Assembly (NCBI RefSeq): GCF_004010195.1
Contig: NC_057753.1
Location: 5,698,367 to 5,762,366 of the forward strand
DNA length: 64,000 nt
From: Chiloscyllium plagiosum
Lineage: Eukaryota
Direction of reading: 5' to 3'
The translations under genes and the position numbers were made by a program. Below the pieces are notes generated by a model. It was not told where the DNA came from and ran no database searches. It worked only from the letters and a program-made list of their open reading frames with translations. The stretch's first letter is position 1. Every line of letters starts with the position of its first letter. Shown here piece after piece: positions 11,766 through 24,385 of the stretch.

Positions 11766-12369
11766 TATTATGGACGAGGCCAGACCACTCAAAACATTCT
11801 TAAGCAGTCAGTCCAGACTGTAACTTTGCAATTTGTTTCAGTAAGTGCACAGTGAGAATTACCTGGAGTAAGTTAGCTCGGTTGACTACCAGGTTTTAAA
11901 ACAGACAAAAGGTTATTCACACAATTACACCATGAAACACAAAGTGCGGAATAAAAAACCCTACAGAACTCAAGTCTATCCAAACTAAACTTAAAGATGC
12001 TGTTCCGAATATACACAACAGTCCCAATAAGCAAACCACTTAAACACAGTAAAAATGGAACAAAGGCTTACAGGTGAAAGTTATAAGGGCAGAAGGAGAG
12101 AGAGTCTAGTAGCCTGTTTCCCCACAGCTGAACTCTTAAATTCTAAACTGAACTGCTCAGCGAGAGAGCTGGCCATGCCCCCTTGACTTATACAGGTTAC
12201 TTCTAAATACATAAAAGCTTTGGCCTGAAGACTCGTGCGTTTACATATGAACAAAAAGGCCTTTCATCTCTCAACCAAACCCAGCCGTTTCGGAGCCCGG
12301 CCTGTTTATGACCCCTCCGAAAGAAACCAAGGACACCGTGTCCTTGAGAAAAGGAATTGCTTTGTAACG
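11766..12369 (-). mobile_element. Solo LTR related to 33731-34363
   Basis: 11766 TATTATGGACGAGGCCAGACCACTCAAAACATT matches the rc of the 34363 end; other end TGTAACG; flanks CTCC/CACC (imperfect 4-bp TSD). Confidence 0.7.
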
Positions 12370-12479
12370 CACCGTGTCACCAACCATCTCTGTAACTGGC
12401 ATCTATTCACATCAGCAGAAAGGGCCCAAAGGACACAGTTGAGCCCTGAATGTGATTGGCAATCAATTCAATTGTTATC

Positions 12480-12930
12480 ATTACTTGTGAGCTCTCTGGT
12501 GTTTCAGGCAGTGGGATAACTGAGTGCACCCGTTGTCACACCCTGAGCTGGGGAATCATTGCCCCTCAGTGTGGATTCGCTGGTGTACTGTGTAAGGTTA
12601 GATGATTTTTTTTAACCCAGTCCTGCACTGGGAGCATTTGGACATTCTTTCCTCAGTATGAACTCAAATCATGAGAAACCAGTTTCTCAAATTTTAAAGC
12701 ACTTCCCACAGTGTGGACACTGAAAAGTCTCTCGATAGCGTGAATTTGTCGCTATGTTGTCAGATTTCGGGAACATTTGAACCATTTTCCACACACAAGA
12801 AGTCTTTCCCCAGTGTGTCGGTAGATTATATGATGGAGGGAATGCCTTTCTACATTCAGTGCAGATGAACAGTCTCTCCCAGTCGGCGATACTATCATAT
12901 GTTGAAAGATTGGAGCAACTGGGCTTGCAT
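12480..12930 (-). pseudogene. Decayed C2H2 zinc-finger gene remnant (terminal fingers)
   Basis: rc gives RHTGERLLVCGKWFKCSRNLT, QCPHCGKCFK, HTEERMSKCSQC, HQRIHTE, LKHQRAHK* with many disablements. Confidence 0.7.
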
Positions 12931-13128
12931 ACACTTTAGTTTAGAAGGATGAGAGACGGATAAGATTATTCAAGGATTGAACACTCTGGAGGCAGGAAGC
13001 ATGTTTCTGCTGATGGGTGAGTCCAGAACCAGAGGACACAGTTTAAAGATAAAGGGTAGGCCGTTTAGAACAGAGTTGAGGAGGAACGTCTTCACCCAGA
13101 GAGTTGTCGGGTTGAGTGACCCTTTACC

Positions 13129-13262
13129 GGTTCTGAGGAAGGGTCACTGTTCCTGAAGTGTTAACTCTGATTTCTCTCCACAAATGCCGCCAGATCCGCT
13201 GAGCTTTTCCAGTGATTTCTCTTCCTGTATCTGCTTTACAGCATTCGCATTTCTTTCTGTTT
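13129..13262 (+). mobile_element. Short Penelope-derived element with degenerate hammerhead
   Basis: GTT-CTGAGGA-AGGGTCACTGTTCCT-GAAGTGTT-AAC followed by a pLTR-like tail. Confidence 0.55.
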
Positions 13263-14270
13263 TACCTAGTGCGTGTCTTACAAATTACCAAGTTGAAGTG
13301 GTCCTGAAAGCTGTCATAAAAATCCAACTGGTTGAGGAAGGTGACCCTGCCATCCAATCGACTTGTCTATGGGAATAGATATAAACAGAGGAGAAGTTGA
13401 TGAAGGTAGAGGGAATTTATTTTGACCAGAATCTCTCAATCCCTCACCGGCAAGGAGGATCAGGGGAGCAAGTGTATTTGAATATCTTCAATTTTGTTCT
13501 CAATCCCACATTGTCCTGATTTGTTTGATATTTGTTTCCGGGAGCTCCGTATCACGATAGGAAGACAGAAGCACAGCCTCAGGTGTGCGTTTACATTCTC
13601 AGGACTAGAGGAAAAGTTCCTCCATCAAATACTGGGAAGACTGAACCGTGACAAACTGCAGTTTTTTTCCCCCTCTCTTGGTAACTGTCTCAAGCCAGCC
13701 TCTTCACAACCAAGGCAAAATATTGCACCCACATATCCCACCCATCATCGCAAGACCATCTGGTCCCACCTCAGTGATGAGAATAGAACTATTCAGCAGG
13801 TCAGATGGTCTCTGTAGAGGGAGAGTAAAACTTTTAGCTCACAACGACTTCCATCAGAGCTCAGGGAAGGTGAATACATCGCAGGGTTTGAGGAAGGGAA
13901 CAGGACTTGGGCCTCAGAAAAAGTGGCTGCGTGATAGAGTGGATCCACCTCATTAACATCAGTAACTTTACCTCAACCTCAGTTCAACTGTTTCTGGATC
14001 TCCCATCCTTCCTTCTGTCGGCCCGTAGTCTGTTCAACACTGACACCTTTTTGTCTAACCTCCGAATTCTACCACCACAAGCAGGTGATAATCCAAACCC
14101 AAAAGTTGTTAGTCACAAGATATCCCTTTTCACCAATGATCATTTTGTCCACTGATCTACAAAGAACTCCTGCTCAAGCAACACTTCAATATTAAAATTT
14201 GCACTCTTGCAATCCCAGAAACGACAGACAAACCTGATGACTTCCACGTTCGAAGGCCAATGATATGATA

Positions 14271-14608
14271 TGGTGGCTCAGTGGTTAGCACTGCTGCCTC
14301 ACAGCACCAGGGACATGGGTTCAATTCCAGCCTCGGGCAACTCTGTGTGGAGTTTGCACATTCTCTCTCCCCCCCCCCCCCCCCCCCACCCCACCCCCGT
14401 GTCTGCGTGGATTTCCTCCGGGTGCTCCGGTTTCCTCCCACAATCCAAAGATGTTTAGGTCAGGTGAATTGGCCATGCTAAGTTGCCCATAGTGTTAGGC
14501 GCATTAGTCAGGGGTAAATGTAGAACAGAGAAATGGGACTGGGTGGGTTACTCTTCAAAGGGTCGGTGTGGACCAAAGGGTATGTTCCCATACTGTAGGG
14601 AATCTAAT
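14271..14608 (+). mobile_element. HE1-type SINE with internal poly-C tract
   Basis: Full consensus; C-run 14369-14387. Confidence 0.9.
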
Positions 14609-14887
14609 ATGATATCCAGGGCCCAGTGAATGCACTGAGTTCTGACAGTCTTGATCTCATGTTTAGGTTGAGCTCCCCATCTACAGATACTTCTTGTTTA
14701 ATATCATGTCGCAGGAAGTTACCAAAAAAAACTGATAGAAATTCACAACGTTGCCTCCGTGCTGAAGATGAGTCACAGAGATCTGGCAGCATAGAGAAAG
14801 CCCCTTCAGCCTATTGCTTCCATGCCGATCAAACAGAACCACCTAACTGTTCCAATCCATTTCCCAACACTTGGCTATAACCTTCTA

Positions 14888-15518
14888 CAGAGGAACCTCG
14901 ATTATCCGAACGAGATGTGTGAGCACTATTTCGTTTGGATAATTGATTTTACCTTAAACATGGGAAGCCATGCTGCTCTAACGCTGTGCTCGCCCAGAGA
15001 ATTTGTTTAAACCTAATATTCTTATGAGTCTGCCATTGCAACACACTAATTCTTTCAGTCTGCAAATCTCAGGTTAAACTGAGAAGGACTAAATCCTTAC
15101 CATCACGTAAATGCTGTATGTGAAATCCCAGCATTAAACAAGGTCCCAGGGAACCTCTGCGAGCACAAGAGCATTTCTCAGTTTCCAGGAGCTCAGTGTC
15201 ACGATAGGAAGACAGAAGCACAGCCTCAGGCGTGCGTTTGCGTTCTCAGCCTTGTTTTTAGTGACCCGTAAAGTGATGGGAATACCCTGCACTGTACTGT
15301 AAAACACTTACTTTTTGCAAAGGGCTGTGTAACTAACCCTTACCTAAAATAAAAATCCAGTCGCTGATGATTGAGCTGCTTGTGTTTCTTTGTCCTTGCC
15401 AGCGTTTTCATCAGTTCTTCTTTCATCAGAATACACTTGCCACTTGGATGTAACGTTTTTACGGGACCTTAAGATCTTCTTTGGATGGTCCAAAATTCGG
15501 ATAATCGAGGTTCCTCTA
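14888..15518. mobile_element. Tc1/mariner (pogo/Tigger-like) non-autonomous DNA transposon (MITE)
   Basis: 23-bp TIRs CAGAGGAACCTCGATTATCCGAA (14888-14910) and TTCGGATAATCGAGGTTCCTCTA (15496-15518); TA at 14886-87, CA at 15519-20; no transposase ORF; interrupts a CR1 3' end. Confidence 0.8.
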
Positions 15519-16760
15519 CAGACCGTGACATTGCAAGTGCCCATCTGAATACTTCTTGAAGACCAGAGGATTTCTGCCTCTAACTTGCTTACGGGAATTG
15601 CGTTCCAGATTCCTACCACGCTCCGGGTGAAAATATATCTCCTCACATTTCCTCTAAGTCTCTTGCCCGTTACCTTCAATCTATTCCTCCTGGTCGCTGA
15701 TCCCTCTCTCAAGGGTAAAAGTTGCTTTCTGCATACTCTATCTATGCCCCTCATACTTCGATATATCTCAATCGTGTCTCCTCTCAATCCTTTCTGCTCT
15801 AGGGCAAACGACTACAGCCTGTCCAATCTCTCTTCGTAATTGAAATTCTCCAGCCTGGGCAACACTCTTCTGTAAATCTCCTCTGCACAGTCCTGTCACC
15901 ACCCTCCAGAATTGTACACAATGCTCATAACTGCGCTGTCCGCAACATTTCAGACAGTTCCAAAATTGCCTACTTGATCTTAAGCTCTCTGCCTCGGTGA
16001 TGAAAGCATGTATCCCACATTCCTTGTTAACCACTTTATCCATCTGCCCTAATACCTTCTGGAACTGGTGGATATGTACACCAAGGTCCCTCTGATCCTT
16101 GGTGCTTTCCAGTGTCCGATGGTTTGTCATATTGTTTGCCTTATCCAAGTGCACCATCTCTCATTTATCCAATTGAATTCTGTTTGCCGTTGATCAGTCC
16201 ACCTAATCACTCTCCTCTGATTCAGGCACCTCTCATCATTAGTTCTAACTACACCAATTTAGAGTCATAGTGATGTACAGCACGGAGACAGACCCTTCGA
16301 TCCAACACGTCCAGGCCGACCAGATATTCGAAATGAATCTAGTCTCAGTTGCCAGCATTTAGCCTATATCATTCTAAAACCTTCCTATTCATGTACCCAC
16401 TTTAAGTGTTGCAAGTGTACCAACCGCCACCATCTCCTCTGGCAGCTCACTCCATACTTGCACTACCATCTGCATGACCAAGTTTCCTCTCAGGTCTTCA
16501 CCCCTCTCACCTTAGACCCACGCCTTCTAGTTTTTTTTTTCTTTTGTAGCATCTGCAAATTTACTGATCAACCCTCCTGTTTTCAAGTTTAAATCGCTTG
16601 TATAAACCACAAATGACAAGCGACCCAACGCTGATCCATGTGGTACCCCATTGAATGCAGGCTTGCAGTTGGAAGAAAACACTCCTCAAGCATCACTCTC
16701 CACTTGCTGCCACTGAGCCAACTGTGAATCAATTTTGCTAAATTTCCTTGGATCCTTTAG
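15519..16760 (-). mobile_element. CR1 LINE 3' portion (diverged), with nested CR1 3'-end fragment ~16262-16530
   Basis: ORFs 15344-15787 (MRGDTIEIYRSMRGIDRV) and 15768-16157 (QRDLGVHIH). Confidence 0.8.
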
Positions 16761-17219
16761 TCTGGCACTTTTGCCATCTCACTGTAGGAGATTGACAATG
16801 TTTGCCCCCTCACATACTTCATTGTTATCCTCAGCTCCTCAACTGCGTTTCTCGTTCAGTTTGGTTAGCGACACTATCAAAGTCAAAGAAACTGCTACAA
16901 CTCTGAAAACAAACAAAAAAGAATAAATTTTTGGGATGTGCGGAGTGATTGGGAATAAAAGTAGGGTAGGATTTGAAGGTGGATATGCACTCTGAAGTGC
17001 AAGAAAAAAGTCCAAGGTGTGAAAGATCATGTGGGGAAAATAGCATGACACCAGGTTATAGTCCAACAGGTTGATTTGGAAGCACTAGTTTTTGGAGCAC
17101 CGCTCCTTCATCAGGTGGTTGGGGAGAGATAAAGCTGATACATCAACAGCACATGGTCAGGCGATGATTAGCAGTAGAAACCTCACTTAAAAGTGTCAAC
17201 AAGAGCGAATAGTAAGCGG

Positions 17220-18545
17220 AGCCAAGTTTGCCAAGGCCACAAAGGTTGATGGAGTGGTGGATAGTGTGGAGGGCTGTTGTAGGTCGCAATGCGGCATTGA
17301 CAGGATGCAGAGCTGGACTGCGAAGTAGCAGATGGGGTTCAACCTGGAAAAGTGTGAAGTGATTCACTTTGGAATTACAGGGTTAAAGGAAGGACTGTGA
17401 AGAAGTGGAGGAATCTTGGGGTCCATGTCCATAGATCCCACAAAGTTGCCACCCAAGTTTAGATTAGAAAACCGGAGCACCCAGAGGAAACCCACGCAGA
17501 CACGGGGAGAACGTGCAAACTCCACACAGTTAGTCACCTGAGGCAGGAATTGAACCTGGGTCTCTGGCACTGTGAGGCAGCAGTGCTAACTACTGTGCCA
17601 CCGTAGTTAGCTGCATTAGTCAGAGGGAAATGTGTCTGGGTGGGTTACTCTTCAGAGGGTCGGTGTGGACTGGTTGGGCCGAAGGGCCTGTTTCCACACT
17701 GTAAGTAATCTAATCTATGAGCAATTTAGCATGGCCAAATCACCTAACCTGCACATCTTTGGACTGTAGGAGGAAACCGGAGCACCTGGAGAAAACCCAC
17801 GCAGACACGGGGAGAACGTGCAAACTCCACACAGACAGTCACCCGAGGCTAGAATCGATTCTGGTGCTGAGGGCAGCAGTGCTATCCACTGCGCCACCGT
17901 GCTGCCATTAAGTTGATAGGGTTGTTAAGAAGGCATATGATGTGTTTCCTTACATTAGCAGGGGGATTGAGTTTAAGAGCCGTGATGTTATGTTGCAAAT
18001 CTGTAGAGCCCTGGTTAGACCACACTTAGAATATTGTCTTCAGTTCTGGTCACCTCATTATAGGAAGGTGTAGATGCTTTAGAGAGGAGATTTACCAGGA
18101 TGCTGCCTGGACTGGAGGGCATGTCTTATGAAGAAGGGTTGACGGAGCTAGGGCCTTTATCATTGGAGCGAAGAAGGATGAGAGGTGGCTTGAAAGACGT
18201 GAATCAGATGATGAGAGGCATAGATAGAGAGGAGAGCCAAAGACCTTTCTCCCAGGCGGAAGCGTCCATCACAATAGGGCATCATTTTAAGGTGTTTGGA
18301 GGAAGTTATAGAGGAGATGTCAGAGGTAGGTTCTTTATTCAGAGAGTTGTGCGTGCATGGAATACACTGCTAACAGTGGTAGTAGAGTCAGATACCTTAG
18401 GGGCATTTAAGTGGGTATTGGATAGGCACGTGGATGATAGTGAAATGAGGTGTATGTATGTTGGTTTGATCCTACAGTACGACAAAAGGTCGGCACAACA
18501 TTGAGGGCCGAAGGGCCTGTACTGTGCTGTACTGTTCTATGTTCT
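17220..18545 (+). mobile_element. CR1 LINE 3' portion interrupted by a rearranged SINE cluster (17460-17907)
   Basis: KFAKATKVDGVVDSVEGC..; CR1 resumes at AAGTTGATAGG (~17910); ORF 18100-18504; (GTTCTAT)n tail. Confidence 0.85.
17460..17907. mobile_element. Composite HE1 SINE cluster (minus head, plus 3' half, minus body and head)
   Basis: 17460-17603 rc SINE head; 17605-17716 plus-strand 3' half with TAATC tail; 17717-17907 rc body and head. Confidence 0.85.
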
Positions 18546-18664
18546 AAAATCCTAATGATATACTGTTCTAAAAAAAATACAAGTTCCACTTGTATAAACC
18601 AAAATAATAAAAAAAAGTTAGAATTTAGTTCCTCAAAATTATAGCCAGGATACGTCTTGAATTG

Positions 18665-19163
18665 ACTTAAATTTATTTTCACTTGTACCGAGGCACAGCG
18701 AAAAGCTTTGTCTTGCGAGCAATGCAGGCAGATCACAGAGTTAAGTAGCACAGACAGTAAATAAAATGGAAACAGCAGCAAAAACAAAAACACAGGGACA
18801 GGCGAATGTTAAGAGTTTGTGAGTCCATTCAGTATTCTAACAACAGTGGGGTAGAAACTGTTTTGAAACCGGCTGGTCCGTGTGTTCAGACTTCTGTACC
18901 TTCTTCCCGATGGTAGAGGTTGTAGAAAAACATTGCCAGGGTGGGATGGATCTTTGAGAATGCTGGCGGCCTTTTCTTGACAGCGGGCCTGGTAGATGTA
19001 TTCTATAGATGGGAGGTTGGCCTTTGTGATTGTCCGGGCCGAGTTCACCACACTCTCTGTAACCGTCTCCGATCTTGAATGGTACAGTTGCCATACCAGA
19101 TAGTGATACATCCAGACAGAATAGCTCTTGATGGCGCATCTATAAAAGTTGGCAAGGGTATTC
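18665..19163 (-). mobile_element. Rex1/Babar-clade LINE 3' end
   Basis: ORF 18809-19111: LPSIEYIYQARCQEKAASILKDPSHPG..LPSGRRYRS..SRFQNSFYP. Confidence 0.85.
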
Positions 19164-19189
19164 TTCTGGAATGGTCTGTGCCTTCTCTA

Positions 19190-19722
19190 TTGATCTTCAG
19201 TCAGGAATGCCTTTCTCCATTGAATTCTTGTGTCAGGAATATTAACTAATAGTATCACTGCACCTTTAGTCCGATGATGTTTTTTCTGTGAGTTTAGAGA
19301 ATTCTGCAGGAGCCAGTGACTTTCTCTTTAAAGCTGATGGTTGTTAACTTGATCATTTGCTCTCATGCTAACTTTGAAATGCCCTCTCCTCTTATACTTT
19401 TGAAGACATACCAGTTTTCTTTTTGCAGTAGGATTGGTCCTGTGTTGTCAAAACCATCAGATTTAAATTTCATTGGTTTTTAGTCTCTAAGTGCAAGGTT
19501 TAAATTAATTGGCTGATATTCAAACTGGTTGCCTTGCTAACAAAACAAAACTACTGCCTGGATTGCTAAACCACACAGCCTTTGATACAAGTGTTTCCAT
19601 TTCAGTTCTGTGCACCTCAACCCACAAGCGACAGATTTTGCTTTCTGAATTTCTAACCTTGGAAAAGGCGCATCGTCTTTTAAAGGGACCACACACTCTT
19701 TCCCCCTTAGCATTTTACAACA
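19190..19722 (-). mobile_element. Possible degenerate Gypsy-type LTR fragment
   Basis: Patchy similarity to 9276-9937 (cttatac..ggattg..attgg..tttaaattaattggc..ttcaaact) and TTTACAACA end. Confidence 0.4.
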
Positions 19723-20149
19723 TCAAATTCTGACGTCCTGCCTTCCAATGCACAAATACTCTCCCCAACTTCACAGCACGTGGGGAGTGGGTGATGTCGA
19801 TTGGCATGCGATTGCCGCTACATGATGACAATCTACTCAGAAGCTAGGTCTGTGCAAACCAGAGCTCACCATACGTTGTGATGAATAGAAGGTCCCTGAT
19901 AGTGATAGGCAGAGGAGATTTACCTGAATTGTTTGTTTGGGTGGGGGAATTTAATTGGAAGGTTAATTCGGAACAAATGAAGTGCTTATCCTTGAAGCAA
20001 CACAGATTGGAAGGAGCATTTCTGAACAACATTCACTGAGACTGAAACGTTAACTCTGTTTTCACTTCAGACACTGTCAGACTTGCTGAGCATCTCCAGC
20101 AGTTTCTAGTCTTCTTTTCATTTGGAGGGAGATTTGACACAGTTATCAA

Positions 20150-22720
20150 GTCATAGAATTGTACACCACACAAACAGACTCGTCGGTCCAACCAGTCCAC
20201 AATGCCAAACTAAACTGTTCTCACCTGCCTACTCCTGGCCCATATCCCTCCAAACTTCATGTACTTATCCAAATGTCTTTTAAATATAATTATGCCCACA
20301 TTCACCACTTCCTCAGGAAGCTCATTCCACACGCAAACAACCCTCTGTAAAAACTTTGCCCCCTACACATTTTTAAACCTCTGTCCTCTTCCCTTAAAAA
20401 TGTCTTCCCCCTAGTGTTGAAATGCCCCATCCTAGGCAAAAGGCGCCTACCATTCATCCTATTGATCTCCCTCATGATTTTATTGTCTACGTGGACTTCA
20501 GTAAAGCCGTTGAAAAGGTCCCTCATGGCAGACTGGTACAAAAGGTGAAGTCACATGGTATCAGGGCCGGTAAGATGAATACAGAACTGGCTTCGTCAGA
20601 GACAGAGGGTAGCGGTGGATGCTTTTCAAACTGGAGGTTTGTGACTAGTGGTGGTCCATGGGCTTCAGTGCTGGGACCTTTGCTGTTCGGAGCTGTCAGA
20701 AATGATTTGGAGGGAAAACGTGGCTGGTCTAATTACTAAACTTGCGGATGCAATAAAGATTGGTGGAGTTGCTGATAGTGAGGAGGATTGTCAGAGCATA
20801 CACAGGATGCAGATCAATTGGAGGCACGGGCAGAAAAATGGCAGATGGAGTTTAATCCGGACAAATGTGAGGTGATGCAGTTTTGGATGGTCAAGTACAG
20901 GTGGAAATGTTACAGTGAATGACAGAACCCTAAGGAGTATTGATATGCAGAGGGATCTGGGAGTGCAGGTCCACAGATCACTGATGGCAGCAGCACAAAG
21001 CCCTGTCAAAAAGCCCTGCAGCACGCTTGCCTTCATTGGAAGGGGCATTGCGAATAAAGATAAACAAGTTATGCTGCAGCTTTATAGAACTTCAGCGAGG
21101 CCACACTTGGGAATATTACATACAGTTCTGGTCACCACACTAACAGAAATATGTGAAAACATTGGAGAGGATACAGGAAAGGTTTAGCAGGACACGACCT
21201 GATATGGGGGATTTTAGCTATGAAGAAAGGTTTGATAAACTGGGTTTATTTTCACAGGAGTTTGAAGGGCGACCTGAAAAACGTTCATAAGATTCCTGTG
21301 AATGTCATAGACAGAGTGGAACATATGAGGCTTTTTCCCAGGATGAAGGGGGTCAGTTACTAGGGGACACAGGTTCAAGGTGCGGGGTGGGGAGGGGGAA
21401 TGTTTAAAACAGATGTGTGTGGCACATTTTTCACGCAAGGTTTGGTGAGTGCCTGGAACACGCTGACAGAGGAAGTGGTGAAGACAGACACAATACCAGC
21501 ATTCAAGAAACACCTGGACAGATACATGAATGGGAAAGGAATAGAGGTATAAGTGAAGATGGTTTCAGTATGGAAGGGAAACATGTACCGGTGCAGGCTT
21601 GGAGATCTGAAGGACCTGCTCCTGTACTCTATTGTCCTTAGTTCTTTGCTGTTATAAACTTCTATAAGGTCATCTCTGGAAGGGAAACATGTACCAGTGC
21701 AGGCTTGGAGATCTGAAGGACCTGCTCCTGTACTCTATTGTCCTTAGTTCTTTGTTGTTATAAACTTCTATAAGGTCATCTCGCAAACTCCTACAATCCA
21801 GTAAACAAAGTCCCGGCCTACCCAGCCTTTTTTTGTAATTCAAACCTTCCATATCAGGCAAAATCCAGGTAAAACTCATCCGATAACCCTCTCCAGCTTA
21901 ATAATACCTTTCCTATAACTGGACCACCAGAACTGCACACAGTATTCCAAACGGGACCTCCCCAATGTCCTGTAGAACCTTAACATGATTTCCCAACCAC
22001 TGTATTCAAAGAGCTGAACTGCTAAATGCCTTTTTAACTATCCTGTCTATATCTGACGCAAACTTCAAAGAATTATGTATCTGCTCCCCTAGGTCCCTCT
22101 GCTGTACAAAACTATCCAAAGCCCTTCCATTAATTGTGTAAGCCCTACCCCTGTTTGTTGTACCAAAGTGCATACCTCTCATTTATCCAGATTGAACTCC
22201 ATCTGCCATTCTTCAGCCCATTGATCCATTTTGATCAAGATCCCTTTGCAATCTTCTTCACGGTCTATTATGACACCAGTTTGGCATCGCCGACAACTAT
22301 TTGCATTCATCCTGTCTATGTCCCCCATGATTTTATACACCCCAATAAGGTCACTCCTCATTCTCATATGTTTCAAGGAATAAAGCCCTATCCTGGCCAA
22401 CCTGCCCCTATAATTCAGGCCCACTAGTTCTGGAAACATTCTTGTAAATCTTCTTCACACTCTTTCCGGTTTAACTATGGCATCCCTATAACAGGCTGAC
22501 CAAAGCTGTACACTATTATCCAATTGCAGCATCACCAATGACTAATACAACGGTAACATTATGTCCCAACTCCTATACTCAGGTCCTTGACCGATGAAGA
22601 TCTGCAAGCTAATTCATTATCCTGTCTATCTGTGACGCTGCTTTCAAAGAACTATGAACCTATACACCTAGATTTTGCAAAGTGCAATACCTCATGCTTA
22701 CCTGTACTGAATCCTACTCT
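20150..22720. mobile_element. Patchwork of CR1 fragments (minus 20150-20480, plus 20480-21640, minus 21660-22720)
   Basis: VDFSKAVEKVPHGRLVQKV, RDLGVQVHRSL, QWAEEWQMEFNLDK motifs in the ORF track. Confidence 0.8.
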
Positions 22721-22861
22721 GAAGTGCAAAGAGACTTGGGAGATCTAGCCCAGAATTCTCTCAAGGTAAACTTGCAGGTTGAGTTAGTAGAACACTAGAT
22801 GGCACAGTACAAGACCTTCAATTCCAGATGTGTTGATGTTTTGCCGAGCATTTATCTTTAT

Positions 22862-23573
22862 TGCTATGAAGATGTGGGCGTACTGTACTTTTAAGAGAGT
22901 TAAAAGCTAGTCGAACAACCTGACAGCTTCAAGTGTTCTGAATAAGATACAATGTAACATGTGGTCCAGCAGCTAGGGTAGCTGATTGCCTGGAGACAAA
23001 AACAAATTTGAATTAGGTCAATCAGTTTAAATTATACCCAAAAAAACAAACTCCAATCAAGTTTAAATTGAGTATATTGACAATATTAAAAGCCAATGAC
23101 ACAATCCGATACTGTTGGGGTATAAGACCGGGAAAAATTGAACAGTTGGGAGGAGAACTGCCAAAAGCCCAACAGATGTAGGCTGCTAGTATCCAGAGAT
23201 CTCTTGAAAGCACCTGTCTAGAGAAGGACTTTGCACAGAAATAGACACCATCACAGACTGGAAAGCAAATCGACAGAGGAAGATTAAGAGAAGATTTCAC
23301 TTCTGGCGGGTTTTGAAATTTTAATTTTTCAGTAAATCTTAATCGGGAATTTTATCAGACTAGTTTTATAGAAGCGAAAGTAAAATATAGGTTAGAGGAA
23401 AGAGTTGTAAATAGTTAGTTAATTATTCTCTGTTATACTTGAAGAAATAAACTTATTAATTTTTACTTTAATTAGTTCTTGGCCTCTTGAAGTTTCACAG
23501 ATTATTGCACGGGATAAATCTTTTCTGTTTTGCTGATTTAAATTAAGCAGGAGAGCTTACCCATGTTGTAACA
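22862..23573 (+). repeat. 5' LTR of Gmr1-like element
   Basis: TGCTATGAAGATGTGGG...TTGTAACA; TATAAG ~23121, AATAAA ~23445. Confidence 0.9.
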
Positions 23574-23587
23574 GTTTGGGGCTCATC

Positions 23588-24160
23588 ATGAAGTTCAAGA
23601 AAAAAGTCCAAGGTGTGAAGTAGGAACCTCACTTAACAGTGTCAACAAGAGCGAAATAGTAAGTGGAGCCAAGTTTGCCAAGGCCACAAAGGTTGATGGA
23701 GTGGTGGATAGTGTGGAGGGCTGTTGTAGGTCGCAATGCGGCATTGACAGGATGCAGAGCTGGACTGCGAAGTAGCAGATGGGGTTCAACCTGGAAAAGT
23801 GTGAAGTGATTCACTTTGGAATTACAGGGTTAAAGGAAGGACTGTGAAGAAGTCCATAGATCCCACAAAGTTGCCACCCAAGTTTAGATCAGAAAACCGG
23901 AGCACCCAGAGGAAACCCACGCAGACACGGGGAGAACGTGCAAACTCCACACAGTTAGTCACCTGAGGCGGGAATTGAACCTGGGTCTCTGGCACTGTGA
24001 GGCAGCAGTGCTAACTACTGTGCCACCGTGCCGCTCATTGTGCTAGCTGCATTAGTCAGAGGGAAATGGGTCTGGGTGGGTTACTCTTCAGAGGGTCGGT
24101 GTGGACTGGTTGGGCCGAAGGGCCTGTTTCCACACTGTAAGTAATCTAATCTAATCTAAT
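23588..24160 (+). repeat. Dispersed copy of 16993-17716 inserted into the Gypsy PBS
   Basis: Near-identical to 16993-17716 including the CR1/SINE junction; ends in a (TAATC)n tail. Confidence 0.9.
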
Positions 24161-24385
24161 CTGGATTTGAATGGTTAGGGGGTTTTTGTCTGCAATTTGA
24201 ACAGTTTTGGTCTTTGATTTGTGATTTGAACCGGTTTAGACAGATTTGAATCTGTTTGCGAGTATGAAAACTCCCAGCAGATTTAAATGTTCACAGGTTG
24301 GTAGCCTAGATCTTTAAATAAAATATAGGTGAGACAATTTGTTTAATTTCGGTGATTTGTGGTGGAGTAAACAAAAGTGAGAGAA

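Noticed and set aside
14610..14730. Possible start of the terminal exon of the 12.5-kb ZF pseudogene (minus strand)
   Set aside because: Resemblance is only from recollection of shark ZF genes; no finger motifs, too weak to call
17023..17172. Segment missing from the 23588 copy interpreted as a spliced intron
   Set aside because: No GT..AG boundaries on either strand; it contains a Penelope-type fragment, so an indel is more likely
734..24160. tRNA genes suggested by A/B boxes; recurring ORFs such as MVAQWLALLPHS and CGRKPEHPEETH
   Set aside because: These are SINE heads and their chance translations; each continues into SINE body and tail
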